Source of the DNA: Planctomycetota bacterium
Lineage (GTDB): Bacteria > Planctomycetota > B15-G4
NCBI GenBank assembly: GCA_965248575.1
Contig: CBDFJQ010000002.1
Coordinates: 1,952,001 to 2,016,000, forward strand
DNA: 64,000 bases
Direction of reading: 5' to 3'
Part shown: in pieces, positions 29,508 through 38,055 of the stretch
How the letters are laid out: each line of letters begins with the position of its first letter
How positions within the stretch are numbered: the stretch's first letter is position 1
Program-made: the position numbers and the translations under genes
The notes under the pieces: generated by a model
The model's database searches: none
What the model saw: the letters and a program-made list of their open reading frames with translations, nothing else
What the model was told of the DNA's origin: nothing

Positions 29508-29574
29508 GTCAAACGTATCTACGATTCAGCACCGGGGTGCTGGGCGCCTCGGCCATTGACAGCGCTGGATTGAC
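29508..29574 (-). repeat. attC site (67 bp, heavily degenerate)
   Basis: GTCAAAC, 10 nt, TTCAGC ... AGCGCTG GATTGAC; same length and layout as the family. Confidence 0.65.
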
Positions 29575-29580
29575 AGCGCC

Positions 29581-29994
29581 CTAGCCCTTCACCTTCTTCA
29601 TGATCACGCTTGGCCGCGTAACGAAGACCACGATCATGCCAACCACAAACAATACTGCACCTGGTCCAGCATCGGAAAGCGTCGACTCCAGACCGAGGAC
29701 CGCAGCTGTCCAGGCGGTGGATCCGCTCACACCTCTTAGAAAAAGGATCAGGCCTCCCAAGATGCAAACCAATCCGAGCAGCAGGCCCAGGCGTGCATAC
29801 GCGTACTCATGTGTCACGGACTGCTCAGCTAGCTTGGCGGAATGAGAACCCGCTGAGGCCCCCAGGGGCGAGCCCGAGGATTTCCAGTCGGTTCGACCGA
29901 AATCCACATCCTCGAACTCGGCTCGTGCTTGATCAGGGCTCAGAAAAGACTCGTGACCGAACTGAGATTGTTTTCGCTCTTCTCCTCGATTCAT
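29581..29994 (-). CDS. Cassette ORF: two-TM hypothetical protein
   Basis: GGLILFLRGVSGSTAW..LSDAGPGAVLF; start after AGGAG RBS. Confidence 0.7.
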   Translation of the reverse strand: MNRGEERKQSQFGHESFLSPDQARAEFEDVDFGRTDWKSSGSPLGASAGSHSAKLAEQSVTHEYAYARLGLLLGLVCILGGLILFLRGVSGSTAWTAAVLGLESTLSDAGPGAVLFVVGMIVVFVTRPSVIMKKVKG

Positions 29995-30032
29995 CTGTGC
30001 ATCTCCTTTGCCAAGCGGCTCTCTTCTCGTCT

Positions 30033-30085
30033 GTCTAACCACCCTACAGCAGCTGTGAGACCGGCCGCAGCATTCCGAGTTAGGC
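30033..30085 (-). repeat. attC-like site (53 bp, divergent)
   Basis: Intact GTCTAAC and GTTAGGC ends; weak internal pairing; lies just after the stop at 30089. Confidence 0.65.
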
Positions 30086-30088
30086 AGC

Positions 30089-30682
30089 TCACGATGGTCG
30101 CTCACCGCGTCGTTGAATCTCACGGAGTTGCTCCACTCGTGCTCTGTCCTTTTCTCTGCGGGGGACGGTCAGCCGAGTCAAGATGTCATCGATGTGAGCC
30201 ACCCACACGTCGTGCCCCTCATATGAGTTGAGGCTTGCCCTCGGCCTGAGTTCGTCATAGCTGCCCGCAAGCTTTGGAACCACATCGAAGTTGCCGAGCT
30301 TCGTGACATACAGCTGGTCAAGCGTGTCCAGGTTCGTCACATCCGGAACCCAAGCAGCCAGCTCTTCCTCAGTCGTCGGCCGCGACTTCCATTTCTTCTC
30401 TCCGGACTCCGAATCTTGCCACTCTCCAAACGGGCCAAGGGGCTGAGCTTCGATTTCACGAAGCGACAACACCAAGTTCGAGATGTTGGCATGGCTGCAT
30501 TCCGGTGCGATGTCGAGATCACCGGGCCGAACCTCTGCGCCGTAGGTCGCGGCAGCTACCGAACCCACCAAGACGAAGCGCACCTCGTTTCTCGCCAAGA
30601 CCTGGAGCAACTCCGCGACCTTCGGAATGCCCTGGGGATGGCGACGTGCCGTGAACTCAGAGTTGTTCTTTCGAGGGTTCAT
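30089..30682 (-). CDS. Cassette ORF: nucleotidyltransferase-fold protein (AbiEii/DUF6036-like)
   Basis: VRFVLVGSVAA..G..GDLDI; C-terminal RREKDR. Confidence 0.7.
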   Translation of the reverse strand: MNPRKNNSEFTARRHPQGIPKVAELLQVLARNEVRFVLVGSVAAATYGAEVRPGDLDIAPECSHANISNLVLSLREIEAQPLGPFGEWQDSESGEKKWKSRPTTEEELAAWVPDVTNLDTLDQLYVTKLGNFDVVPKLAGSYDELRPRASLNSYEGHDVWVAHIDDILTRLTVPRREKDRARVEQLREIQRRGERPS

Positions 30683-30687
30683 TGCCT

Positions 30688-30754
30688 GGCTAGGGGGCTA
30701 GGGATTCAGCGGCCGGCCGCGCAGCGGACAGACCGTTGCTAGCGCTTGTTGGCG
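30688..30754 (-). repeat. attC site (67 bp, degenerate R')
   Basis: TTCAGCGGCCGGCCGCGCAGCGGAC..GCTAGCGCTTGTTGGC. Confidence 0.8.
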
Positions 30755-30767
30755 TTCTCGGAAGCAT

Positions 30768-31232
30768 CTAGTTTGCGCCTGCCTTGTAGAAGAGGAACAC
30801 GAGGACCAGGAGCCAGAGATTCAGCGTCCACGCCCACTGGTACCGCCGCTTGGCGCCTGTGCCCATCGTGGACCGCTGGCTAAGCAAGCCCCCGAGCAGG
30901 GCGAGCGAGTAGAGCTGCAATGGCGGAAAGATCAGCCCAAGAGCTGCAGCACGATAGGCTCGTTCGATCTTGGATTCAGTCGATTCGGGTGCAGCGTCGC
31001 CTTCCTCTGAACGACTGCGATGCTCGGCGAGAATCGAGGTTGCCTTGTCGGCCTGACCTTGCAACACCTGGAGCTTGATGCCTCCGACGGCGTTCCCAAG
31101 GTGCCAAGCGGTTGAGACAAGCTCCTCATCCGCCAAGCATGCAGTGATCCCTTCGGACTCCAGGTGGTAGAGCGCGAGATGCGCCTCCTCGGGGGTGGAA
31201 TAGGATTCGACAGTCACCAGCTCATCAGCCAT
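30768..31232 (-). CDS. Cassette ORF: DUF2007-domain membrane protein
   Basis: LVTVESY..EEAHLA..LESEGI..GGIKLQV. Confidence 0.8.
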   Translation of the reverse strand: MADELVTVESYSTPEEAHLALYHLESEGITACLADEELVSTAWHLGNAVGGIKLQVLQGQADKATSILAEHRSRSEEGDAAPESTESKIERAYRAAALGLIFPPLQLYSLALLGGLLSQRSTMGTGAKRRYQWAWTLNLWLLVLVFLFYKAGAN

Positions 31233-31249
31233 GGAATGCTCCTCCGTCA

Positions 31250-31304
31250 ACCTACTGCACCTGCCGTTCAACGGCCGGGCGACGTCTGCTACAGCTTGTC
31301 AGGC
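31250..31304 (-). repeat. attC site (55 bp, degenerate)
   Basis: ACCTACT..CCTGCCGTTCAACGG..CAGCTTGTCAGGC; abuts the TAG stop. Confidence 0.65.
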
Positions 31305-31692
31305 TAGCCCTCTCCATCTCCTCGCAACTCCCACCCGAACAACCCGGCGAGCCACGACGCAAAGGTCTCTCGTGACTTCACCATGTCCCGGAGTGCGTCT
31401 TGCTTCATGGACACGCTCGCACAGTCCAAGCAGTAGTGCAGCTGAGTCCCCTCAATGCTCCCAGGGAGAAGGCTCGCTCTCTCGCACCGAGGGCACTCCC
31501 TGGAGAAACCCTCTTCGGCGGCTACGAATGCTCCGTGCGACCAATCAAAGCCCCATCGACCTGGCCGATCACTTGCGGCCTCGAACTCGTCGGGTCCAAG
31601 CCAGACTGCAGAGCACCTCCAGCACACATCGACTTCGACGGTGTCCGAGACGGTCTTGGGAAGCATCTCGGTGCGGCAGTAGGGCATTTCAT
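31304..31692 (-). pseudogene. Cassette ORF: double zf-TFIIB zinc-ribbon protein, 1-nt frameshift at the start
   Basis: ATG AAA TGC CCT AC- TGC CGC restores MKCPxCR; VEVDVCWRCSAVWL; CPRC..YCLDC. Confidence 0.65.
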
Positions 31693-31708
31693 GACTCGTG
31701 CTCGGCCT

Positions 31709-31769
31709 GTCTGGCGCGGTTGTTGATCCGTGGCCGGATGATGCCTGGTCCGGCAGCGTCGGGTTGGAC
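31709..31769 (-). repeat. Possible attC remnant (61 bp)
   Basis: GTCTGGC ... GTTGGAC ends at the expected inter-ORF position; poor internal match. Confidence 0.4.
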
Positions 31770-31832
31770 TGTTCTTGCTGAGGCTTGTTTGACGTTCTCA
31801 ACTGAAATGTACCCGAGACCTCGTCTTCTGAC

Positions 31833-32453
31833 TCAAGGTGCGTGCTCTTTCTCCAGGCCACCCCACGCGCGTAGTACGCGCCCGGTGAAGTCACCCTCCA
31901 CACATTGAACGTAATGCGCTGCTACCTGCGCCGCGGAAACCAACCCCACTCTGACTTTGTCAACCGGCACCACCGGTGCCGGACTGACGACGTTGATGCG
32001 AAGGCCGCGGGGGAGCAGAGGAGCGAGGCTGGTGGCTAGCGCGTCAACGGCGGCGTTGAATGGACTCGTGGCAACGCTTGATGTGATGGGGTAGTGACTC
32101 AGGAAGCCGCTCGAGAGTGTGAAGGACGCTCCGTCTGTTGCGAAGTCAGCTCCGACGCGTACCAGATTTAGCTGCGCGAGGAATTTCCGTCGGAAGCCCA
32201 GTTCAAAATCGCCATCCGTCAGTTGGTCATAGGGCCTGAACGTACTGTCCCCACCCACGACACACACCAGCCCGTCAAAACTCCCCACGGACTCGAACAT
32301 CGACCGAACGGACTCCCCGTCCGTGTAGTCAACCTGAAGATCGCCGCTGCGAGAGCCCACCGACACGATCTCGTGGCGCGGCTCGAGTTCTCGCGTGATT
32401 GCGCGACCGATCTTTCCGGTGGCCCCAAGCACGATGATCTTCACGGCATTCAC
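31833..32453 (-). CDS. Cassette ORF: short-chain dehydrogenase
   Basis: IIVLGATGKIG, SFTLSSG, LRINVVSP. Confidence 0.85.
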   Translation of the reverse strand: MNAVKIIVLGATGKIGRAITRELEPRHEIVSVGSRSGDLQVDYTDGESVRSMFESVGSFDGLVCVVGGDSTFRPYDQLTDGDFELGFRRKFLAQLNLVRVGADFATDGASFTLSSGFLSHYPITSSVATSPFNAAVDALATSLAPLLPRGLRINVVSPAPVVPVDKVRVGLVSAAQVAAHYVQCVEGDFTGRVLRAWGGLEKEHAP

Positions 32454-32484
32454 TCCCCTTCCAGAGATCTCTCGGGTGGTCTCA

Positions 32485-32560
32485 CGCCAACGGTCCTACT
32501 GCTCGCCAGCCGTAGTGTAGCGAAGCGAAACGGAGGTCTGTCAGCTACGGCTAGTTGGCC
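32485..32560 (-). repeat. attC site (76 bp, divergent)
   Basis: CGCCAAC ... central TAGCGAAGCGAA ... GTTGGCC. Confidence 0.7.
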
Positions 32561-32603
32561 CAGCTTGTGACGGGCGACTCGCCGGGCCGCAGGGAGCAGA
32601 CGG

Positions 32604-33578
32604 TCAGAGCATCGTCATGGCCGCGCTGCCTCTCTTGTGGCCCGAGTCGACGAGGGCATGCGCCTCGCTCGCGCGATCCATCGGGAAGCTCCCGCCGATC
32701 ACCGGCTGGAGTTCACCGGCTTCGACAAGCCCGCGCAGGAACACCAGGTCCTGCGACTTCTCGGTCGCAGAACGCAGGCCCGCGAACGAGATCTTCGCCT
32801 TCTTCCTGCCGAACATCGACGTCCACAGCATCTGTGCCATGATCGCGAGCGATGGGACTGTGCGGAGGTAGGTCCCGTTCGCCGTCAACGAACGCTTGCA
32901 GCGTGAAAACGAGCTCTTGGCAACGGCGTCGAAGAGGATGTCGTACGTGCGGCCGTTCGTGGCGAAGTCGGCCTGCGTGTAGTCAATGACATGGTCGGCG
33001 CCGAGCGACGTCACGAGGTCCAGATTGGCCGTGCTGCAGACACCGGTGACCTCGGCGCCGAAGTGCTTGGCCAGCTGCACGGCTGACGATCCAACAGAGC
33101 CGGACGCGCCATTGATCAGCACCGTCTGTCCGCTCTGGATGCCTCCGACGTCGCGTAGGAAGGGCAGCGCTGTGAGGCCGCCCTCGCAGATCGCCGCGGC
33201 GTCAGCGAACGTGACCTCCTTCGGCATCAGCGCGAGTGCGCCGTCCTCGGGCAGGCAGATGAACTCTGCGTGCGCGCCGAGCTCCGTACCGCTGGCGGCG
33301 AACACGCGGTCGCCGACGCGAAAGCGGCTCACGCCCTCGTCGACAGCATCGACCTCTCCGGCGAACTCCGTGCCAAGGATCGGATTCTTGGGCCGCGTGA
33401 CGCCAGTGAAGAGCCTCGCGAACCACGGCGTGCCCGATCGAAATGCACTGTCCGCTGCTGACACGACGGCCGCGTGAATCTTGATCCGGACCTGGCTGTC
33501 TTCCGGCGTGGGCGTCTCCACGTCCTCAAGCGCAACGACCTTGGGCGTTCCGTAAAGGTGGTAGGCAATGGCTCTCAT
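32604..33578 (-). CDS. Cassette ORF: MDR-family NAD(P)-dependent oxidoreductase
   Basis: ILGTEFAGEV, VLINGASGSVG, LGADHVIDY, GHKRG. Confidence 0.92.
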   Translation of the reverse strand: MRAIAYHLYGTPKVVALEDVETPTPEDSQVRIKIHAAVVSAADSAFRSGTPWFARLFTGVTRPKNPILGTEFAGEVDAVDEGVSRFRVGDRVFAASGTELGAHAEFICLPEDGALALMPKEVTFADAAAICEGGLTALPFLRDVGGIQSGQTVLINGASGSVGSSAVQLAKHFGAEVTGVCSTANLDLVTSLGADHVIDYTQADFATNGRTYDILFDAVAKSSFSRCKRSLTANGTYLRTVPSLAIMAQMLWTSMFGRKKAKISFAGLRSATEKSQDLVFLRGLVEAGELQPVIGGSFPMDRASEAHALVDSGHKRGSAAMTML

Positions 33579-33633
33579 CGTCGCGCGATCATGCCACGGC
33601 GAACCCCGCGAACAGAGCATGCGACTCAGGTCC

Positions 33634-33693
33634 GCCCAAGGCTTGGCACCAGCGACGGGGCGCTGCGCCAACCGCTGCATGCTGTTGTTGGGC
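33634..33693 (-). repeat. attC site (60 bp)
   Basis: GCCCAAG..CAGCG..GCGCTGCGC..CGCTGCA..GTTGGGC. Confidence 0.75.
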
Positions 33694-33722
33694 GGCGCAC
33701 CCCGCATGAATCTCCGATCGAT

Positions 33723-34475
33723 TCACCGCTGCGCCTGATGCTCGGCGGCCGGCTCGAAGAAGATGGGCTGCCCCACCGCGAGGCGCCCGCATCGAACGAC
33801 GGTGCCGTAGACACCAGCCCGGTTGTTCCTCTCCCGAACAACCGCCTTCAGCAGCTCGGGTGCGGGGCGTGCAGAGTCAGGGTCGTAATTGACCATCGAG
33901 CAGCGCTCATCGCGGTTGGTGATGGCGATGGTCGTAGCCTCGTTGGATTGTCCGAACGAGAGCAGCCCCCCCACCCATTCGTCCTCCTCGAAGGGAAGTG
34001 ATCGCAGTGCCTTGATCAAGATGTTCGGTCGGAATCTGCGGACGTCGGGACCGTGCGCCGCGAGCCTCCCGATTTCCGCAACCGTGGCGGAGGAAATCAT
34101 GGACACGCTCGCTTCGTCGAAGATGCCACGGTCGAGGTGCATCATCTCGACCGGTGAACCGCAGCGGCGACCGACGTCGCTCGCCAGCTCTTGACCGAAC
34201 ACGGCGAGCTCTTCTCCTTCTGGCGTACGAACATGCGTCGGGAGGCTTCCATCGACGACAGGTTCGCGCCGCAGTGGAGCAAAGAGAATCAGCTTCGGGA
34301 GCTTGGTGGCGGTCAGCCAGGGGAAGCCGCCGTGATCGTCAACCCGACGGAATGCCAAGCGTCGGTCGCCGTCAAGACCGTGCCAGCCTAGGTCGGCGAC
34401 GCCCAAGGGTTCGCCACTCATGGACTTCACGGGGTACCGGAAGAGCGCTTCGACTTCACCGATCTTGATAGGCAT
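33723..34475 (-). CDS. Cassette ORF: MOSC-domain protein
   Basis: LFRYPVKSMSGE, GDRR, RRFRPNI, RCSMV, GVYG. Confidence 0.92.
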   Translation of the reverse strand: MPIKIGEVEALFRYPVKSMSGEPLGVADLGWHGLDGDRRLAFRRVDDHGGFPWLTATKLPKLILFAPLRREPVVDGSLPTHVRTPEGEELAVFGQELASDVGRRCGSPVEMMHLDRGIFDEASVSMISSATVAEIGRLAAHGPDVRRFRPNILIKALRSLPFEEDEWVGGLLSFGQSNEATTIAITNRDERCSMVNYDPDSARPAPELLKAVVRERNNRAGVYGTVVRCGRLAVGQPIFFEPAAEHQAQR

Positions 34476-34488
34476 GTTTTGGTCGTCC

Positions 34489-34592
34489 GCCCAACGTTCT
34501 TGCGGTTCAGCTGCGGGCCGATTCTGGCGCCCTGGATGCGCTAGCAGCCAGGGCAACAGGTGTGTTTCGTCTGTTGCGAGCGCTAGTTGGGC
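34489..34592 (-). repeat. attC site (104 bp)
   Basis: GCCCAAC..TTCAGC..internal GCCCTGG/CCAGGGC stem..GTTGGGC. Confidence 0.85.
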
Positions 34593-34636
34593 CTGCAATC
34601 TGCGCAGGCGCCACCCGAGCGCCAGCCCTTCGCCCA

Positions 34637-34975
34637 CTATCCAATTTGTTGAATCACATTCCGACCACCACCGGGCCTGGATGCCCATTCAAAGTGCTCG
34701 ACGATCTGCAGCCTCGATTGCTCGTCCACGCGTAGCTCGCATTTTGATGCGCCACCGTTCAGCACACCGCCGACTTCCAACTGGCAATAGCGAAACTCAA
34801 AGACGTTTCCGGTAACGATTCCGACCAGGAAAGCACGCTCGATTTTGCCGCCGCTGTATTCTGCGTGAACGCTCTGCCCCTCCTGTCGAAACTCGAAGAT
34901 CGTGCGTTCATCGATCACACCGTTTTCATCAGTTTCGACAGCGTTCATTCTGAGGTCGTTCAGGTTGAACTCCAC
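34637..34975 (-). CDS. Cassette ORF: small beta-barrel hypothetical protein
   Basis: NG..T.F.F.Q..AEYSGG..FRYCQ..EHFEW. Confidence 0.75.
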   Translation of the reverse strand: MEFNLNDLRMNAVETDENGVIDERTIFEFRQEGQSVHAEYSGGKIERAFLVGIVTGNVFEFRYCQLEVGGVLNGGASKCELRVDEQSRLQIVEHFEWASRPGGGRNVIQQIG

Positions 34976-34993
34976 GTCACGTCTCCAGGCTCT

Positions 34994-35059
34994 GTCTAAC
35001 GGACCTACGGCTCAGCGGCGGGCCGCGCAGCGGACCGTCCGCTGCAAGCGCCTGTAGGC
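34994..35059 (-). repeat. attC site (66 bp; R'' lost one base)
   Basis: GTCTAAC..CAGCGGCGGGCCGCGCAGCGGACCGTCCGCTGCAAGCG..GTAGGC. Confidence 0.92.
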
Positions 35060-35065
35060 AGGATC

Positions 35066-35404
35066 TCACGCACCTAGGAATGACTCAATGACTCCCGTGT
35101 CCTTCGCGACACGGATGACTATCCCTGACGGTGCGACGTATGGCCGAGGCCCTCTAAAATGGATGATCCAGCAGTTGTCGCGTTCGAGCACTTCGTAGTC
35201 GCTTGGCAGATAGGCATCTTGAGAGAAATTGCGGGCAGCGTATCGCTGCCCCAGATAGACGGCTAGTTCCAAGGTTGGAATGGAGCAAACCCCAGAGTGC
35301 TCGGCAAACACGCCGTGACTCGTGCAGCCCCGAGTGTGTGTGCCCTCCGTGGGAATGCTCGCACACCCCAAAGTCAGCAAGAGGAATGCGCTGATGTATC
35401 TCAT
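35066..35404 (-). CDS. Cassette ORF: putative lipoprotein
   Basis: MRYISAFLLLTLGC lipobox; WIIHF..IRVAKDTG. Confidence 0.7.
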   Translation of the reverse strand: MRYISAFLLLTLGCASIPTEGTHTRGCTSHGVFAEHSGVCSIPTLELAVYLGQRYAARNFSQDAYLPSDYEVLERDNCWIIHFRGPRPYVAPSGIVIRVAKDTGVIESFLGA

Positions 35405-35408
35405 CGCT

Positions 35409-35474
35409 GCCTAACGGATTGTGGATCACCTAGGGGCGGCGAAGCCGGTCGTCTGGTGCAAGGCCGCGTTGGAC
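35409..35474 (-). repeat. attC site (66 bp)
   Basis: GCCTAAC..CACC..CGGCGAAGCCG..GGTGCA..GTTGGAC. Confidence 0.85.
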
Positions 35475-36034
35475 GCCTCGTCGACCTCGGCGTCCCCATC
35501 CGCTTGAAATGTCGCACGAAAACTCTCCTTGCCGGGAGGTGCCGGCCAGATGGGAATTCGCCTACCAAGCCAGTGCTTCAAGACCAGGTGTCGAAAGTAC
35601 TGCTCATGCTCCCATTCGACTTCGGCCATCGTGAGGAGGCAGTCGAGCCACTCTCGCCGACCGCAGGCGCGAGCCAGGCGTGCAGCCGTTTCGTATTCGC
35701 GGATATTCCGACTCTCGAGCCTCCCGGCGCCGTACATGGGGGCGAGCCAGCCAACCACGTGACAGAGTGCACCGAGAACTCGACCAATCGTCGCGGCACG
35801 AAGGTCGCGCAGCCGGCTTGGCGACACACCCAGGGAGTGGAGCATCTCGCCAACCTGGCGGCGGTGATGCCACTCTTCCTCTTCGATCGCCTGGATTCGA
35901 TCTCGCTCTTCTGTGTCAGATACTGATTTCCAGTGCCCGCGGTAAGCGTACGCGGCCGCCAATTCACCAGAGTAGGCAAGCTGCAGTAGCGCTGCGAGCT
36001 GTCGTTCGTGCTTGGCTGTCGTGCTTTCTTTCAC
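35426..36034 (-). CDS. Cassette ORF: ferritin-like di-iron protein (Coq7-like)
   Basis: AYSGELAAAYAY, EEEWHH, LESRN..EY, EWEHE. Confidence 0.8.
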   Translation of the reverse strand: MKESTTAKHERQLAALLQLAYSGELAAAYAYRGHWKSVSDTEERDRIQAIEEEEWHHRRQVGEMLHSLGVSPSRLRDLRAATIGRVLGALCHVVGWLAPMYGAGRLESRNIREYETAARLARACGRREWLDCLLTMAEVEWEHEQYFRHLVLKHWLGRRIPIWPAPPGKESFRATFQADGDAEVDEASNAALHQTTGFAAPR

Positions 36035-36053
36035 AGCGCTCTCAGAGTCGTGC

Positions 36054-36101
36054 GTCTAGCGGCGGGGCGAAGCCTGGTCCGTCTGCTGCAGCTTGTTGGG
36101 C
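36054..36101 (-). repeat. attC site with internal deletion (48 bp)
   Basis: GTCTA joined directly to GCGGCGGGGCGAAGCC..GCAGCTTGTTGGGC. Confidence 0.7.
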
Positions 36102-36114
36102 GGCATCGGAGGCA

Positions 36115-36324
36115 TCACGTGTCGGCCTTCGACTTTCGCTGGATCAGGACAAGGTGCACGCCGAACGCGAGAGTGGCGGGGATGTTGCCGAACAGCCCCG
36201 CCCAGAACCACTTGTTGGAGTACCAAGGCTCCTTCACACCGTGATGGTGCGTCGAGAGCAGGTGGCAGCAGATGGCGCTCGACAGCGCAAAGGCACCGGC
36301 AACGTCGTGATGATGGATCTCCAT
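36115..36324 (-). CDS. Cassette ORF: small His-rich membrane protein
   Basis: MEIHHHD..STHHHG..WFWAGLFGN; fills the cassette slot. Confidence 0.55.
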   Translation of the reverse strand: MEIHHHDVAGAFALSSAICCHLLSTHHHGVKEPWYSNKWFWAGLFGNIPATLAFGVHLVLIQRKSKADT

Positions 36325-36380
36325 GCTACGCGCTCCGACTGATGAGAGTGGGTCGTCTTTCATCCATGTGCTGCTGACTC

Positions 36381-36447
36381 GCCCGACGGACCTGCGGTTC
36401 AGCGGAGGGTCGCGCAGCGAACCGTCCGCTGCAAGCGCTTGCTAGGC
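36381..36447 (-). repeat. attC site (67 bp, both cores mutated)
   Basis: GCCCGAC..TTCAGCGG..CCGTCCGCTGCAAGCGCTT GCTAGGC. Confidence 0.9.
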
Positions 36448-36452
36448 GCCGA

Positions 36453-36773
36453 TCAGGCACGTGACCAACCACGGAAGCCCACAGCATACGCTGCGGCACC
36501 AAGCAGGAGGGCAAAGTACAGGCCTGGCACGACGAACAGTTCGTAGGACGAAATGCTCTCTGCACTCTCGGAAAAGAAACGGAACGCCACTTCGTAGACG
36601 GCGTACACAAACCAAGATATCGCGGCCGCCAAGATGACAAGCATTCGAATCGAGGCGGCACGGCTTGATGACCCTGCGACACTGACGACGACGGCTCCAG
36701 CCAAGAGGGCGACGAGCACGGCAGCACCTGGAAAACTGAACACCTGCCGGTGGAACTCGAAGAGCCCGTTCAC
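36453..36773 (-). CDS. Cassette ORF: three-TM hypothetical protein
   Basis: 106 aa, hydrophobic; AGGGG RBS. Confidence 0.65.
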   Translation of the reverse strand: MNGLFEFHRQVFSFPGAAVLVALLAGAVVVSVAGSSSRAASIRMLVILAAAISWFVYAVYEVAFRFFSESAESISSYELFVVPGLYFALLLGAAAYAVGFRGWSRA

Positions 36774-36792
36774 AATCGCGTCCCCTTCGTCG

Positions 36793-36859
36793 GCCTGACG
36801 TTGTTGCGGTTCAGCGGCGGGCCGCGCAGCGGACCGTCCGCTGCAAGCGCTTGTTAGCT
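36793..36859 (-). repeat. attC site (67 bp)
   Basis: GCCTGAC..TTCAGCGGCGGGCCGCGCAGCGGACCGTCCGCTGCAAGCGCTTGTTAGCT. Confidence 0.93.
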
Positions 36860-37075
36860 AATGCGCGCACGACGGCCGCGCTCCTGGAGGCGATTGGATT
36901 CGTGCACGTTGTCTACAACCCAGACCACGAAGACGGCGACCACAACCAAGCCCAGGAGAGGATGGATCAGCCAAAGGCCTCCAGCAAGAGCCGGTACGAC
37001 AAAGAGCAGCATGAAGACATGGAGATCCCAGTTCTGGATATGCCTGATCCGTCGTCCTTTGCCCTGCTCCTTCAT
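36854..37075 (-). CDS. Cassette ORF: small two-TM protein
   Basis: TAA stop lies inside the R'' box, typical of cassettes. Confidence 0.65.
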   Translation of the reverse strand: MKEQGKGRRIRHIQNWDLHVFMLLFVVPALAGGLWLIHPLLGLVVVAVFVVWVVDNVHESNRLQERGRRARIS

Positions 37076-37089
37076 GACTGTTCCATCTG

Positions 37090-37153
37090 CCCTAGCGTAT
37101 CTGCCGATCAACGGCGGGGCGTAGCCCGGTCTGCCTGCTACGGCTTGTTAGGC
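37090..37153 (-). repeat. attC site (64 bp)
   Basis: CCCTAGC..GGGCGTAGCCC..CGGCTTGTTAGGC. Confidence 0.8.
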
Positions 37154-37168
37154 AGGAGCACCTAGATC

Positions 37169-37630
37169 TCAACGAGTCCATTCGGCAGTGTCGTCTACAT
37201 ACAGAGCGACTCGGCGAAGGGAAGAAACTGCCACTTCGTCAGGTGATTGGAACAGCATGGCCGTACCGCCGCCACCGTCTGGTTTCACTGTGTGGGAAGT
37301 GCCGTCGGCTAGGGTGAAGACAACCCGAAGGTCTTCGTACGGGGCGTTGATGAATGCATTTGGCGTGTTAAGCCCTACGAAGACGCCGAGTGCTGGACGG
37401 TCGAGACCAACGATGAGGGCACCACCCTGCACTGCATTGCTTACACGGAAGCCAGTGGCGGTAGCACCAGGAGCACCGTCGAGGGGGCCGCGTTCGGATG
37501 CGTAGATGGACACGTCGTGCTCCATGAGCTGGCGCCACTGTACGTTCTCGGCATCCTGGACAACCGGATTCGGAATCAAGACGGTGGCGCCGATGCTGAG
37601 CAACGCTGCGACTAGAATGATGGCCTTCAT
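37169..37630 (-). CDS. Cassette ORF: secreted hypothetical protein
   Basis: MKAIILVAALLSIGA signal peptide; GAGGAG RBS. Confidence 0.75.
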   Translation of the reverse strand: MKAIILVAALLSIGATVLIPNPVVQDAENVQWRQLMEHDVSIYASERGPLDGAPGATATGFRVSNAVQGGALIVGLDRPALGVFVGLNTPNAFINAPYEDLRVVFTLADGTSHTVKPDGGGGTAMLFQSPDEVAVSSLRRVALYVDDTAEWTR

Positions 37631-37650
37631 TGTGTGCTCCTCGAATCCCT

Positions 37651-37717
37651 GTCTAACGGATCTGCGGTTCAGCGGCGGGGCGCGCAGCGGACCGTCCGCT
37701 GCTAGCGCATGTTAGAC
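37651..37717 (-). repeat. attC site (67 bp, intact)
   Basis: GTCTAAC ... GTTAGAC, perfectly complementary cores. Confidence 0.95.
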
Positions 37718-37723
37718 AGCCTC

Positions 37724-38038
37724 TCATCTTCCCGTGATTTCCGCGGCTTCCACGAACTGCTTCCTTTCGAATACAGTGCTGATGTCTGCATAGACGACGC
37801 CTTCCTTCCACATGCGGACACGCACCTCTGTTCCAGGCTCCAGCACTCCTCGGATGGACGCCCTCCCCTCGAGCGGATACGCCGTAACTGCATCGAGCTC
37901 ATGCACGAGCTCGAACGGTTCGCCAGGGCTAGCTCCCCAGATGGCATCTGAGCTAGCAACCCGATACCCAAGCATGTAGCCGACGCCCAGCAGCGCCACC
38001 GCGCCAAGCCAACTCAACGCTACCCTTCTCTTGGCCAT
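37724..38038 (-). CDS. Cassette ORF: exported or TM-anchored hypothetical protein
   Basis: N-terminal hydrophobic helix; GAGGAG RBS. Confidence 0.7.
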   Translation of the reverse strand: MAKRRVALSWLGAVALLGVGYMLGYRVASSDAIWGASPGEPFELVHELDAVTAYPLEGRASIRGVLEPGTEVRVRMWKEGVVYADISTVFERKQFVEAAEITGR

Positions 38039-38055
38039 ACGCTCCTCTGCTGTCT

